In this document: positions 1 to 13,051 of the stretch, piece by piece
How the letters are laid out: each line of letters starts with the position of its first letter
Numbering within the stretch: the stretch's first letter is position 1
DNA from: Guillardia theta CCMP2712
Lineage: Eukaryota > Protista > Cryptophyta
Direction of reading: 5' to 3'
Assembly: GCF_000315625.1 (NCBI RefSeq)
Contig: NW_005434659.1
Coordinates: 761,848 to 825,847 of the forward strand
Length of the DNA stretch: 64,000 nt
Made by a program: the position numbers and the translations under genes
Notes under the pieces: generated by a model
Databases searched by the model: none
Seen by the model: the letters and a program-made list of their open reading frames with translations, nothing else
Told to the model about the DNA's origin: nothing

Positions 1-607
1 AGAAGGCAAAGAGAGAGCTTGGGTGGGTTGCTAAGAAGAACCTAGAAGACATGTGCAACGACTTGTGAGTTTTGCTCATCCTCGTCGCTCACCTCTGATT
101 CTTTCCCTCATATTCAAGGTGGAGATGGCAGAGCGCGAACCCCAACGGGTACCGTCAGTAGGAACCGGGTTCATTTCAGAAACACAATGATGCCATGATT
201 CGAGTCCGAAATTTTTGATAGAGTCAGCATTTAATGAATTAAGCCAGTTAATCGCTACTGCCAGTGCCCAGAACTCGCCGGAGGCCCGGCGGCCCGGCGC
301 GCAGTGCCAGACTACTGTCCGATCGAACTGTCCGCCAATGACCTGCCGGGGCCCCCGCGTTTGAAGTGTGCGGCAGGCCGCCGGGCGGGCACTGGCAGAA
401 ATCGACCCTGAGGCGGACCCGGAATCTCGGATGCGGGCGGGGATGAGGCAGATCGCAGTGCGGGTAGACCATGGCGTGTCAGGGGAACGGGTGGTAGGAG
501 GCATCATGGCGGAGATTGAGAAGCAGAGCATGTGATGGAGCTCGTTTGAAAGATAATGATAGCGAAGAAGAGGATCCGATGAAGATGAGGCGAGAAGCTC
601 GAAGGTT

Positions 608-1961
608 GTGATGAGTCAAAGGAGCAGGACGGAAGAATCCTCACGTGAAGGTGGAGCGACGATGGCGACTGGAATGTTGCGGGTGGTGGGGAGGTTGAGG
701 GACATCCTAATCAAAGCGATAGAGACAGACGAGGGAGATGTGAGGGAGGAGATCTTGAATGATCTTCTCTCGGATGTGTGCAGCCCAATCGAAGAGGAGG
801 TCAGACATACTGGGGAGCTCAAAGAATACGGCGAGGAGTGCAGATACTACTACGAGGCAATCAGCATGTTTGTTGTGAAAGAGAAAGATGGACTGGAATT
901 CACAAAAAGTTTGGTGACGCTCTTCACTTGTCTTTGGGACGTGTGGGAAGTCAGATGCACATACGCACTAACGATGCACCGATGGCTATTCCGGAACAAC
1001 TTTGAAGAGCACAGTTTGAAATCCATGATGGTCATGATTAAGGGCGCGAACTCTTTGTTTTGGTCAGACGTCAATGCTCTCTCAGAGCTTTACCGTCCTC
1101 TGTTTGTTTTCCTTATTTCACAGCTCACAAACCAAGAGGACTGCCTCGGAGACATGGACACGGCGGTTTACGCCGATCTCTTGAAGCTTGCATCTCGATT
1201 CATTTGTTACTACGACCTGTCGGGCTGTGAAGCATCTCACCTGCAAGATCTGTCGACGTTCATTTCTATGATACACTCAAGTCAATGGTTCCATCGAACT
1301 TGCGACGAGGATGAAAGTTCTTCCATGGGGCTGAACGAGGGATCCTCGGGGTGTGTCATTGAACCAGCTTCTATCGTGGTGATGGAGATCGTTCATCAGC
1401 TGAACAGCATCTGTATCGAGGAGGCCTTGTGCAGATACGTAGAAGGGGTAAGCTCTTTGAAGCCAGAGCTTGTCAACTGTCTGGATTGGCAAACGAGAAT
1501 CAAGTTACAGGTTTGACCTTTGACTTCTGCCGTCGTCTAGATGTAACGTCGCATCAATAGGGCATCTTACACGGGCTGGGATCACCTGGGGGGCCTCTAT
1601 ATCCTCCTCGGCCGGTCAGGGTACGAGCTCGGAGGACGATGGACTTCCTGTTTCCCAGGGGAAGGCACGGGAGGAGGCTGGTGAATTTAACTTTCAGACT
1701 TTTACATCCCTACCGCTGGCCCATGTCGTTGGCTCATTGGTGAGAGCGATGGTGTCCTGTGCTGTGTTGCGGGGAATGTTGACGGTCCCGTGCGCTTGCA
1801 GGATTACAGTCCAGCTGCCGCGGGAGGTCTGGGCGAAGGCGCATGAGATCTTGCCAACGGGGGTCAGCACACGGATCGCTTCAGCAGCAACTTCGTCGCA
1901 CCAGCTGGCAGTCAAGGTAGCCCAGCCCTCTGCTGTGCCGCCAGCTCTGAGGATCCGTTGA
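608..1961 (+). CDS. Conserved uncharacterised protein (plant/algal family with SPGGPxYP motif), at least 3 exons
   Basis: ORF 608-1510, then intron 1511-1560 (GT..AG). Exon 1561-1739 reads GILHGLGSPGGPLYPPRPVRVRARRTMDFLFPRGRHGRRLVNLTFRLLHPYRWP, resembling a plant family I recall as SPGGPMYPTRAVRHAAW..LFPVG..FFRLLYPWYWP. Intron 1740-1801, last exon to stop at 1961. The 5' end is uncertain. Confidence 0.65.
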
Positions 1962-2053
1962 TGGCAGATCGTTCAAGTGCCGTCCAAAGTGTGGAGGTTG
2001 ATTTTCAGATCTTGATGTTTTCCACCCTTTTATTCATTGTAACGCGGACCGTT

Positions 2054-3230
2054 CTAATCCGGAAGGGTGTTGTCGCCCTCGAACTCATACAAGTCGAAGC
2101 AGTTCTGGAGCTTCTGCATATCGCTCTGAGAAAAATCGATCTGCCGGAAAAGTGTTACAAGTGTTCAAGACAACAGCAGAGTTTGCTTGACCGGAAGCTT
2201 CTTGAGCTCTCCATTGGCAACGTCATACACGAGGCCATGGATCTGCGGCAGGATCTTACCATCCTTCTGCAGAGTCTCCCATCGTCGCTTCTGCACTGAA
2301 GCTGTCTTGTACACGTTCAGGCTGCAACAACACATCAGAGAGGGCAAGGAGCAGGCTTTTCACAGATACAACCACTGCTCGACCACGTTGAGCTCCACGA
2401 GTCTCCTCACTCTTGCCTCCCCATGGAACTGAACAATCTCGTCGTAGTGAAGCCTCCAAACATCCCTGATGTTTCTCAGCCAGTTCTCCAAAGGGCTGCC
2501 GTGGTTCATGTTTCTCAGAGCAGCCCTGACACCTCCGCAGTCGTAATGCCCGCAAACCACGATGTGAGGAACTTGCAGAAACTCGATGGCATACTGCAGC
2601 AGGAGGTCAACGGGGAGCCTGAGCTGCTGCTACCGACCTGAAGCACTGCTTGCGCGTTGATGTCAATGGCGAGAAACTGGTTGGCGATATTTCTCTGTAC
2701 GAAGACTGTCCCGCTATCAGCCCCACTGAGAGAATAATTCGTATCAGCGATAGCAGGGAGAAGAAGTTGAGATCATGTCCGCACATGATGACATTCGCTG
2801 GAACCCTGGCGTCGGAGCATCCGATCCACAGGATGGAGGGACTCTGCCCCCGAGCAAGCTTCTCGAAGAATTCGGGGTCTGCGGCTGTGAGAGGAAGGAT
2901 AAGATTCTGCGACACGTCTCACAATCGCACAAGCAGCTCTCACCTCTCTTCGATCTTGCCCAGTGCTTGTTCTTCTCGAACACCTTTTCGAAGTCGAACG
3001 AGTCATCATGGAAGCCTCTTGCTTTACAAAGTCTCCATCCTGCTCCAACGCCTCAGTCTCGTCCCAACAGTGAGCATGCAAGCTTCTTCTCCGCGCCATC
3101 TCGTCCTCATCGCTCACCTTGCGGCCGGTGCAGGCCCTTCAAGAGGCTCATGCTGTGCCCCAATCGGAACCTCATGGCGGGTGCAAAATGTTTGCAACAC
3201 CCTACCCCTAGAGAGGGCATTGGCTTTCAT
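2054..3230 (-). CDS. Beta-class carbonic anhydrase, multi-exon
   Basis: Exons give [39 protein letters not shown] (Zn-ligand C-x-D-x-R), [14 protein letters not shown] (H-x-x-C), [11 protein letters not shown] and [13 protein letters not shown]. The last exon ends [10 protein letters not shown]...LPD-stop at 2054. The start could be 3230 or 3323. Confidence 0.92.
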
Positions 3231-3552
3231 TACCCCCTTGTTTACTATCAGGTACCCTATAGATAACCATAGGGGTAACCACCTCCACCCCTTGTGTATT
3301 TCCTGAGGCAGGCTCGTGATCATGTCTAGACATGCTCACCAGCGGTCGCAACGACAGTGATGCTGGGACTCGTAGCAGTAAGGGGAGAGAGGACAGAGGA
3401 GCTGGAAGGGAGAAGAAGATGTGACGAAGAGACGAGGAGATCAAGACCTGGAGGGTTCGATCGAGACGGTATCGTGAATCTTCCCGAAGCTGTCATCGGG
3501 ATGGCTGAATTGCTCATCGCCAAATCCATCACATGAGCATTCAGAGCTTGTC

Positions 3553-6093
3553 ATGGTCAGGAGTTCGCTCTTGTTTCTGCTTCTTTCCTTGACGATACTG
3601 GTGGCCGATGAAACGTCATGTACGGGCCGAGAATGTCCTTCATTCTCTCCACTTCGAGCTCTTACCCTGAGAGGGGGGAGGAAGAGTCCTACTTCCTTCG
3701 GGGGACTTAAAGCGAATATTCTCAGGTCATGGCAAAGGATGAAGACTGTCTGCATGAAATTTTTCAAGAAAGACAAGAAGAAGATCAGAGACAGGAAAAC
3801 GAAAAGTTCTGTTCAGAAATGGGACTGGTGCAAGGATGTGAAGAACCTCTCCAAGGCGAAAGAAATCAACCGGGTCCGACAGAGGAAGCAGGACTTTGAT
3901 GACTTCAGGAAGTTCCTCATTGACAATGAGGAAACGGAACTGGTGAATGGCTGGAAGCCCAAGAAGTTCAGGTACAGCAACATGCCAATGCTTCTAGATT
4001 CAGACATGGACGGGATGGATGACGAGGATGGGGATACAAAACATGCAGAGGGCTACTTCAGTGGGATCGGGGATGAAATTATGATCGTCGATCTGCCGGC
4101 GGATTTCAACTTCGATGAGTTGCGTCAAGACCTGCCGATCATGGGATGTCTGCTGATGAACAACGTTGTGTCTCAGGTGCTGAAGAATGTCAAACATGAA
4201 GTTTTGACTCCGACCTTCCCCGAGTTGAGCGTTGTGAAGAAGCTGAATCTGAATCACTACACGACCTCTGACAAATCGATGATCCTGTTCAGACAGTCTT
4301 TCAGACACCCGACGGTGTCGTCGGTCACCAACGAAACTCTCAGGAGCCTGTTGAAGAACGCGGGGGGTGCAATGGTGCCGATGTTTGTTGTTGAGATCTC
4401 AACGTGGGGAGGAGCGGTTCCGAAGATGTACGGATACGGAATCTTCATCTCTCCGATCAACTGCAGCTCTTATCTGGAAGGGATCAAGATCCCTATGGAC
4501 TTGTTCTGGGAGATTGGAGTGCCGACGAACATGGAAGAGTTTGAGGAGTGGAAGGAGAGGGCTATTGAAGTGCTCTGGGAGAGATACAAGGTATGGGGAA
4601 GATAAGATTCCTGGAGGAAGTAGAGAGGGCAACTGATGCGCAAGAGAGGAGGAGGAGGAGGAGGAGGAGGAGGAGGAGGAGGAGGAGGAGGAGGAGGAGG
4701 AGGAGGAGGAGGAGGAGGAGGAGGAGGAGGAGGAGGAGGAGGAGGAGGAGGAGGAGGAGGAGGAGGAGGAGGAGGAGGAGGAGGAGGAGGAGGAGGAGGA
4801 GGAGGAGGAGGNNNNNNNNNNNNNNNNNNNNNNNNNNNNNNNNNNNNNNNNNNNNNNNNNNNNNNNNNNNNNNNNNNNNNNNNNNNNNNNNNNNNNNNNN
4901 NNNNNNNNNNNGCAGTCAGTCGTCGCAGTTGTTTGTACCCTTTAAGAGGAGGAGGAGGAGGAGGAGGAGGAGGAGGAGGAGGAGGAAGGGTCAGAGGAGG
5001 AAAGGAAAGGAGGAGAAGGGGTCCTCGATGAGATGACGGCAGATTTCAACATTTTAAGCCAGACTGACGTGACAGCAGGATGGTTCTATCCGCGACTCCC
5101 CTGAAGTATACAAGAGCTGTCAGGAGAGGTTCGGAAAGGAGGAGGAGGAGGAGGAGGAGGAGGAGCCTGAGATAGCAACCAAAACGTTAGAGGAGGACAA
5201 GAGGATATCGAAGGTAAAAGAAGCTCCTTACTCATCGGAGGGTGCTGAAAATACATCAGAACGTGGTGGAGGAAGGCTATGGGCCGGGGTTGTTCCCCGG
5301 AGACGAAGTCACTATCCTCCTCTCAGTAGAGACGTTGAGGGCCCGGGAAGAGAAGGAAAGAGATGATGATGAGATGAGCGATGGAAACACCCGCGAGCTT
5401 CAGCAGGATGAGCTCGAGGTGGAGGAGAACAGTGCTCCAAGGGAGCCATGTACGATGCAACTTGCATCTTGATCTGATACTCGTGCTGATTGTGGATCGT
5501 GCAGCATTTGTGTCTTTGACCATGGGAGAAGACATTTCAACGGTGTTGGTATGATGACACAGGACGTCGAGCCGCGATGATGTTTGCTGCTTCAGGAGAG
5601 GGAAGAAGTGGAGATTGATGGGATCAGAACAGAGACTTGCACGACGATACAGGTCTCATGTTATCTCCTACCGTCTCTTCTTGCCTTTCTCCTGCCTGTC
5701 TTGCTCCTCTTACTTTTCTCGGGTAATCAGCAAAGATTTTGTTTGCTTTTGTTTTTGTTTCCACCTCCCCCTTTTCACCTCCTGCTCCCTTCAATTTGTA
5801 ATCAGCTCTACAGGCTGGTTTGAAGACCATGATTGTTGGGGAATGCAGCGCATTCTTCATGATCGTGGAGCAGAATGATTTCGAACTCGTTGAGAATTAC
5901 ACAGGATCGTACAAAATTCTGTTCGTACAAATCAGAGTTGTGGCTAAGAATTTGCAACCCCTGAACAATCTCGAGGGGATTTGGGCCAAATTTGATCATC
6001 CTTACGACATATCAAATCAAGAGAGTCCCAACTTAGGAGACATTGGTAATGTCAGGAATGACGGGATGAATATGGTGGTCGAGGTGGTCCAGG

Positions 6094-6154
<61 letters not shown>

Positions 6155-6814
6155 AGTAATTACAGAGGGATGTATATGATGTTGACCTAATTGTAGGGAG
6201 CTCGGTTGTTCTGATGAGTTGATTTTATGCAGTTGTCTTTGAATACAACATTTCTTTCCGTGGACAGGTGAATTCGACATATCGTTTTCACTCTCCCCTT
6301 TCCTCGACCTAATTTTCCTTTTCTTCCTGTCCTGTTCTCAATCTGTTGATTTCTTCTCCGATACCTTCTCTTCCGCTTCTCTTACCCCTCGCCCTTCATC
6401 TGAAAACACACAGGTTGTGATACAATCCGACAAATTGACTGAAAGAGACCTGGGGGCGGAAGATGATCTGGTCGAGATACACAGTGAAGGGGTTGGGCAC
6501 TGAAGGCAACTTCAGATTGAGGGGATCAGAATCGCTCTGTCGTCCAACATGCTGCAAGGATCTCGTGTCAAGATGACGCTGGTGAGATGGGGGGAGAACA
6601 TTGGAGGAAGGGGTAAACAGGGGCTGGGAGATAAAGCGAAGGGGCTGTACAGTCACAAGGCTGGTTTCTAAATGTCGTTCACAAACTGACAAATGTTTGG
6701 TTCTACAGCATTCGTCGTTTGCTTTTGGCGAGGAAGGAGTGACAGGTCTGAGGAAGCGGAGGGGTAGAAAGAAGTGTGGTGGAATTAGCATTGTTTGTGG
6801 AAGCAAGAAGCAGG

Positions 6815-6877
<63 letters not shown>

Positions 6878-9437
6878 GAAAGCTTGTACTCACAAGGATG
6901 CAGGATGTGTTCCTCCTGATGAATTCGTTGATGTCGATCTGGTGTTGCTCTACTGGCACAGGGTGACGTTAAGTGCTTCTGATCTCACTGGCATCTCAAG
7001 CGCTGCAGAGGTCGAGTTTTGAAGACGGCAAGGTCAACGTCACGGAAAAAGGACATGTGGGTTCAAGCTTACATGTTATATTGACGCCAAAGATGATTGA
7101 TTGTTGATGATGACGATGACGATGACGATGATGATAATGATGATGACGATGACGACGACGATGACGATGAAGATGATGATAATGATGATGATGACGACGA
7201 CGACGATGATAACTACTATGAGGAAGCAGTGGATTTGGTTCTTATCATGCACTTTTCCATGATGGGACAGAAGGTGGTCAAAGCTTTTGGAAGTCTTGAT
7301 GGTTTTGTGCAGGTAGCTAGACACCCAAATCGAGCTGTCTGTACAGATGGTTCACTTGTACATCTCAGATTGTTTGCCTACTGTCACAACATTGTACTCG
7401 TTTATCTTCACCTTCCTCCCCTTGATTCTCCCCCCAGGGTGTTTTTGGAAACCCTTATGCTCCCGCGGAAAAAATTCCTAAGGTCCTGAGTTGTTTCATG
7501 ATGCTCATCCTCCCCGTATCCCTTCCTCCTCAACTTCCTTCGTCCTTGCCTTCCTCTCCTTTCTCCTGCTCTTTCTGTCTCTCCTCCCCCTCCCTCCTCC
7601 CTCATTTCCTTCTCCCACATATTCCGCTCCAGTCTCTTCCTGCGTCCCTATTTCTGTATGGTTTGATTTGAAACAGGAATTGCTCGACTATCAGTCACTC
7701 CCTCAGTACCAGCACTGCGAGGCTGTGAAGCTCGCAAAGGTGCTGACATGCGGGAGAGCTGGGGATCGTTGTGAGGAAAGCAAGCAGATGGGGAGGGCAG
7801 GAGGAGGAGGAGATATGGAGGAGGAAAGTTGAACACCCGACAGGACGTTGCGGCTCTTCACGAGCAGCTAGGGGAAGGGATGGGGATCTTTCACAAGGCA
7901 GAGGTGAGAAAGACGAATGTCAAGCAGCTGGGGCGAGGAGGAGCGGGAGGAGACGAGTTGAGTGCAGTACAGGACGTCACTGCAGTGATTGGAGACGGAG
8001 ATCTTCCGAGGGGCCTAGAGGTCGCGCTGCTCAGTGGAAGGATGCAAGAGGTGAGCAAAGCACCAGTTGCGATCTTTCGTCCTCCTCCTCCTCCTCCTCC
8101 TCCTCCTCTTCCTCCCATTGCTCCTCTCCCTTCCCCCTCTCTCCTCCCCTTCTCTGCTTCCTATGTCTCTTTCTCTCTCACTATGTTCTTGTTGTCTTGT
8201 AGGGTGTCCAAGATAAGATTGATGTCTCCCCTGCCTTCGCCTTGTTCCCACTACCGGGTTGGCGGCTGGAAGGTATTCTCCTCCTCCTCCACCACCACCA
8301 CCANNNNNNNNNNNNNNNNNNNNNNNNNNNNNNNNNNNNNNNNNNNNNNNNNNNNNNNNNNNNNNNNNNNNNNNNNNNNNNNNNNNNNNNNNNNNNNNNN
8401 NNNTTTTCGTCCTCCTCCTCCTCCTCCTCCTCCTCCTCTTCCTCCCATTGCTCCTCTCCCTTCCCCCTCTCTCCTCCCCTTCTCTGCTTCCTATGTCTCT
8501 TTCTCTCTCACTATGTTCTTGTTGTCTTGTAGGGTGTCGAAGCTAAGATTGATGTCTCCCCTGCCTTCGCCTTGTTCCCACTACCGGTTGGCGGCTGGAA
8601 GGTATTCTCCTCCTCCTCCTCCTCCTCCTCCTCCTTCTACCTTCCTCCCTCCTCTTCCTCCATTCCTTGTTTCTCCTCTTCCACACTTGATTTCCGACAG
8701 ACGACTCCCGTGCCGAACCCCTTCCCAGTCTCCTACCTCGTCAAGATCGTCCAGGTTGATCTCCCGCTCGAGGAGGAAGAGGCTGAGCAGGAGCAGGTGC
8801 AGGCCAGGGAGAGCCTGCCGTTGCAAGCGAGGCTGGAAAGCGCGAACCTGAGGAGGGAGAGAGCCAACTTTCTCTTCAAGAGGGGGGCAGCGGAGGAGCT
8901 GCAGGAAGCGAAGCAACTTTACCTCTCAGCCTCCTCCATGGCGACGGAGTACGGCGGCTCTGCTTCCGCCTCCCCTCCTCACCTGCCCGTTATCAGGGTC
9001 GACGAGATGCTGGACAAGGAGGAGCTACGTGCTGCTGCCCTGACGACGCAACTGACGTGCCTGCTCAATCTCGCCGTCACCCTCCTCCGGCTCCAGCTCC
9101 CGGTAAGCAGGAGGAGGAGAATCTACTGCTCCTCATTCGCAACTCTCAGCAGGAGGCCATGAAAACTTGCGATCGTGCGCTGCTGCTCTCTCCCACCAAC
9201 TCCAAGGTCTTCTGGCGATCTCTTTCTCCTCAACTGATTGCCCCCTCCTGCCTTCCTGCCTTTCCCTCACCCTCCCTACCTCCCTCCCTCCCTGGTTCCA
9301 TCCACTACTTCCACTGCCTGCTCGTCTACTTCCCTCCTCCCCCCAATCCTTTTCTTGTTCCACTCACTGTCTTCCTTTCATGGCAGGCGCTCAAGCTGCG
9401 TGACAAGGCGAGCAGCTTGATAGCGTCAGCTGGATAG
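3553..9437 (+). CDS. Signal-peptide-bearing multi-FKBP-like domain plus C-terminal TPR protein (FKBP52/FKBP62-like architecture) with a long unique N-terminal region
   Basis: Exon 1 (3553-4590) starts with hydrophobic MVRSSLLFLLLSLTILVA. Donor 4591 splices in frame to 5079 (DGSIRDSPE..DKRISK), then 5260 NVVEEGYGPGLFPGDEVTILL (FKBP start), AGLKTMIVGECSAFF, FGNPYAPAEKIPK..ELLDY, IGDGDLPRGLEVALLS, then TPRs LRRERANFLFKRG / LTCLLNLAVTLLRL / AMKTCDRALLLSPTNSKALKLR, stop 9437. Internal exons are only partly resolved and the gene spans two N gaps, so the one-gene model is inferred. Confidence 0.65.
4646..4986. repeat. (GGA)n microsatellite interrupted by a 100-N gap (4812-4911), inside the first intron of the FKBP/TPR gene
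   Basis: Directly visible. The poly-R and poly-G ORFs here are by-products. Confidence 0.95.
8075..8635. other. Near-identical ~230 bp direct repeat flanking a 100-N gap (8304-8403); probable assembly artefact
   Basis: 8075-8303 matches 8405-8635. The left copy has substitutions and an extra G that breaks the exon GVEAKIDVSPAFALFPLPVGGWK, which is intact in the right copy. Confidence 0.85.
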
Positions 9438-9601
9438 AAGCTCAGGAGGAGCAGACGAGAATCGACGAAAGAGGGATACGAGCGAGGAGGGAAGCAGGAG
9501 GAAGGGAAGGGGGGGGGGGAGGAGAAGGAGGAGGAGAAGGAGAAGGTTAAAATTGGGTATGATGAAAACAATAAACTACAACAATCAGGTGAGTCTCTTC
9601 C

Positions 9602-12600
9602 TCAGCCCTTGAGACCCTCATGTCTCCCTTGCCAGCTCTCAAGATTCTCAAAGTCGATTTCTCTGATGCGACAAGTTAGATGAGACATCAAAAAGAGAGC
9701 TGAAAAGTTGTGGAAGGAAACGAGGAGGAGAAGGACACAGAGGAGGAGGAGAGGGAGTACGAGGAGGAACAAGAGCAGGAACAGCAGGACGGAGAGCAGC
9801 AGGACGAGGAAGACGACTGCAGGGTGAGCGAGGCGAGCTACGACTTGAGTTCGGACTTCACCTGCTCCTTTCTTGTATCCTGTCATACTGCGATGTAACC
9901 TGAGGAAACAGATCCGCCATGCACTTCCACAGCGGCCCCACCACCTGCACCCCATCAGGACCCCAGCTAGCGCGACCCTTCCGCTCACATAGTGGAGAAA
10001 CCCTAGCTGCGTCTTCGCCTGGGCCAGCGGCTCGTGGAGGTTCTGCAAAGGGCTCTCAGACTGCAGCTGGGCATGAGCTGGACCTGACCTTCATGAACGC
10101 TGACTCTTGCAAGTTCTCCATCTTCTCTCGCTGGGCCTGCTGGTGGAATTCTTCAAGCACCTGCTGGCCTTCAGCTGGGGAAGGCAGATAGAGGCGCTGT
10201 ACTCACCGCCCTACCGAAGGAGTAGGCGACAGGCGCCTCCATGACTTGACCCGACAGATCGGCGCAATGAACGACAGCCTGAGCTGAACCTCAGCTGCTG
10301 TCCTGCATATAGCAGGCTTGTCACCTTGAAGAGCTCCAATCGATCAGCCGGACTTGTGGCGTCGTAAACCTGCAGGCGATCACGTATCAGCACGAGCCTG
10401 GCATGGGGACAGGCAGCACAGTCATGGCCTTGTCGGACAAGAGAGTCATGTCGTCCTATCAAGACTCTTGTAAGCGATCGAAGTTGGCAGGCAGCTTGTC
10501 AAACTCACCTCCTCAAAATCAGCCAACGAGTCTCTTCTGTTGGAAAGAGAGTTGACGATCTGCTTGTGGATCTGCCGGGGAAGTTTTACATGGTGCCTAC
10601 TCAGCTTACGCTGATCTTCCTCCTCCTCCTCCTCCTCCTCCTCCTCCTCCTCCTCCTCCTCCTCCTCCTCTTCCTCCTCCTCGTTCCTCACCTGCATGTC
10701 GGTTGCCAGGATACCCTGATGTACCATCTCAAGAATCTGTCAGGAATCAAGTCAGAGGAGCGCGCAGGTCAGGAGGGGACCAGGAAACGACCTCAGCACG
10801 CAGCTCCTCCTGCACGTGGCTCAAGAAGTTTGTTTCTCTTCCCTCCTCAAACAAAGAGCGAGCTTCATCCCAATGCATCTGCTCGAGGACCTGGAGCACA
10901 AGAACAAGTTCAGGTCAGCGCAACTCATCGCCCTTCCCGCGATGATTTACGTTGGAGAAAGGAAACTGCAGGGCAATGGGCGATGCGCTCTTGATCAGGA
11001 AGTCGCTGTTGACTCCGGGATGAGAGAGGTCGTGAGTGAGGCAAGCAATCAGGACAGCAAGCTTCTCTTTCATGCCCAGGATCCTGTAAAAGGCAAGTTC
11101 AACCACAATACACAGTGCAAGCACGATCAGGTTCTTACTTTCCGATCGCTGTTTCCTTCATCAGCATGAAGGCACAGTGAGTGACAGACCATGCATGATA
11201 CCTGAACGTGTGTGAGGATGTGTCAAGTGGCAAATTCCAAACTCTCACCAGTTGTGGAATGGATTTTCATCATGATAGCTGATCCCAAGGAGGCAAGTCA
11301 GCACAACAACATTGTCTGTAGAATGAAATGATATACGATTTTCTAACTTTCTGTAGAAATTTTATGAGCTTGTCTTCCTCAATCTGAGTTCGAAAGAATC
11401 AATAAGGTAAGTTCGAACAACAAGCATCAACCTGGAACTCTTTCACGACTCCGGTGAGGAGAAAAATCTTTAGAAGACAATTCATACGCCAAGTGCTAGA
11501 GAGCTTGAAAGGATCTGTAATGCAAGTTGTCACAACACGATAATTTTGTTTATCAGCAGTCATGACAACCTAAACTCCACGTAATCTCCTCGGATTTGAT
11601 GCTCCGAGCAGACTCAAAAGAGAACAGCTGGCGCGTGATCATCAGTCTTGTCCTCCATGACCCTTCTCATCGCACCTTGCAGCAATCTTCTTCGATCTCA
11701 TCTTCATCGGTTATGCCTTTCAGCATTGACAAGTTCCTCTTTGCCAGCTGCCGTCCAGGAGTGACCCAGCAGGAACCAGCAAGTGAAATTCAACCTGTGT
11801 TCGAGGATTCCACTCGCCATGCAGTTGCAACCTGCCCTGCACTTCCTTCTCACTCCAACTGATCGCCTGCCATCGCATTCAGATCAACCTCTCATCCCCT
11901 ACTATTTCACCTTCTCCCTCTCGCCCAGTAGCCTGTACGTCACTGCAATCATCGTCGTTGCCTTGATATTCTGCGTACTGTCAGCGGGACCAGCCGAAAA
12001 CTCTTGCAGCACAAACCTGATCGCACATCGTCTGCTTTCCAGCTGAAAGGATTTCCTGTGCGCTGATGAATCTGTTGAATCAATCAGATTCACTCATCAA
12101 CATCGGTGCAGTGTTTACAGCTCAAGACATTGATGTCTAAGGAAATTCACTTCATCCTTGGTATCCTGGTGGTAACAGTCTGAGAAGTCTGAGCAGGGCA
12201 AGCATGAGTCAGAATTCAGTGTCTTGCACCTAAATCTCAACGTCAAGTACCTGTGGGACTGACATGATTGCCCTCAAGCGCTTTCGCTCGACAGAAGACA
12301 ATGATTCCTTCCACCTGATCGAAGCGAACTTGTGGTAAGACCAAGACAACAACAAGAAATTCTCTCACGAAATCTCTTCGGGCTTTCACTTCTGAGGCCG
12401 AGTGCTTCTTGTCTTCCATGGCTGACATCTGCTCTGCTGCCTCCGTCGCCGCTTGCAAGGCTTCTAAGACTGTCCATCTTTCGCATCCCCCCAGGCCAGC
12501 GACTGAAGCAAGGTTCAAGGCCTTCCAGTACAAGGCACTGCTAAGATGGTCCATGTCTTCAGGGTTCTCCTCGAAGAGTTTCTCGTCTCTTGCAATCTGC

Positions 12601-13051
12601 CACAGCTGCACTGCTCTATTCGCGTAAATCGCGCCTTTCTCCATGATCGCGATAGTGTAAGAGGGAGAGGCGGCTCCCCACTTGTTGAAGAGCTCTCCCA
12701 GCAGCAGACAGGCCACCGCCATCTCGCGCCAGTTTTCTGATTCCCGGAGAGCATCTTCAAGCTCGTTCTGTGCTTCTCCAAACCTGATGAGAGGTTACAA
12801 AAGAGATCGAACAAAGGGCTTTAGCAAACCTGCCAGTTTCTTGCAGAGTCTTGACCGCATCCAAGCAGGACAGACAGTACCCCTTCCGACTTGGTTCAAG
12901 AAACTCAGTCTGTGCTAGCCCCCCCTCCTTCTCTAAGATCATGACGGAAAGACTCATCTTGAAAGCTTGTCGTCCGGACCTGAAACTCTACAAAGCTGTG
13001 GTTCCTGGCGTATTACAATGGCTCAATCTTATCCACGGGTTTTCCCGCCAT
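9602..13051 (-). CDS. Class I cyclic-nucleotide phosphodiesterase (HD domain) with a helical/TPR-like N-terminal region
   Basis: Exons read SYHDENPFHNW (~11250-11280), LAVLIACLTHDLSHPGVNSDFLIKSASPIAL, LEQMH, ILATDM, VLEEFHQQAQREK and AKTQLGFLHYV, all PDEase_I motifs in order. ATG 13051 splices in frame to the helical exons at 12243-12960. Confidence 0.85.

Noticed and set aside
4593-5036. Poly-Arg and poly-Gly ORFs
   Set aside because: They are translations of an intronic (GGA)n tract and the N gap.
8075-8635. Apparent tandem exon duplication in the FKBP/TPR gene
   Set aside because: The copies flank a 100-N gap and the left copy degrades toward the gap, typical of an unmerged contig overlap.
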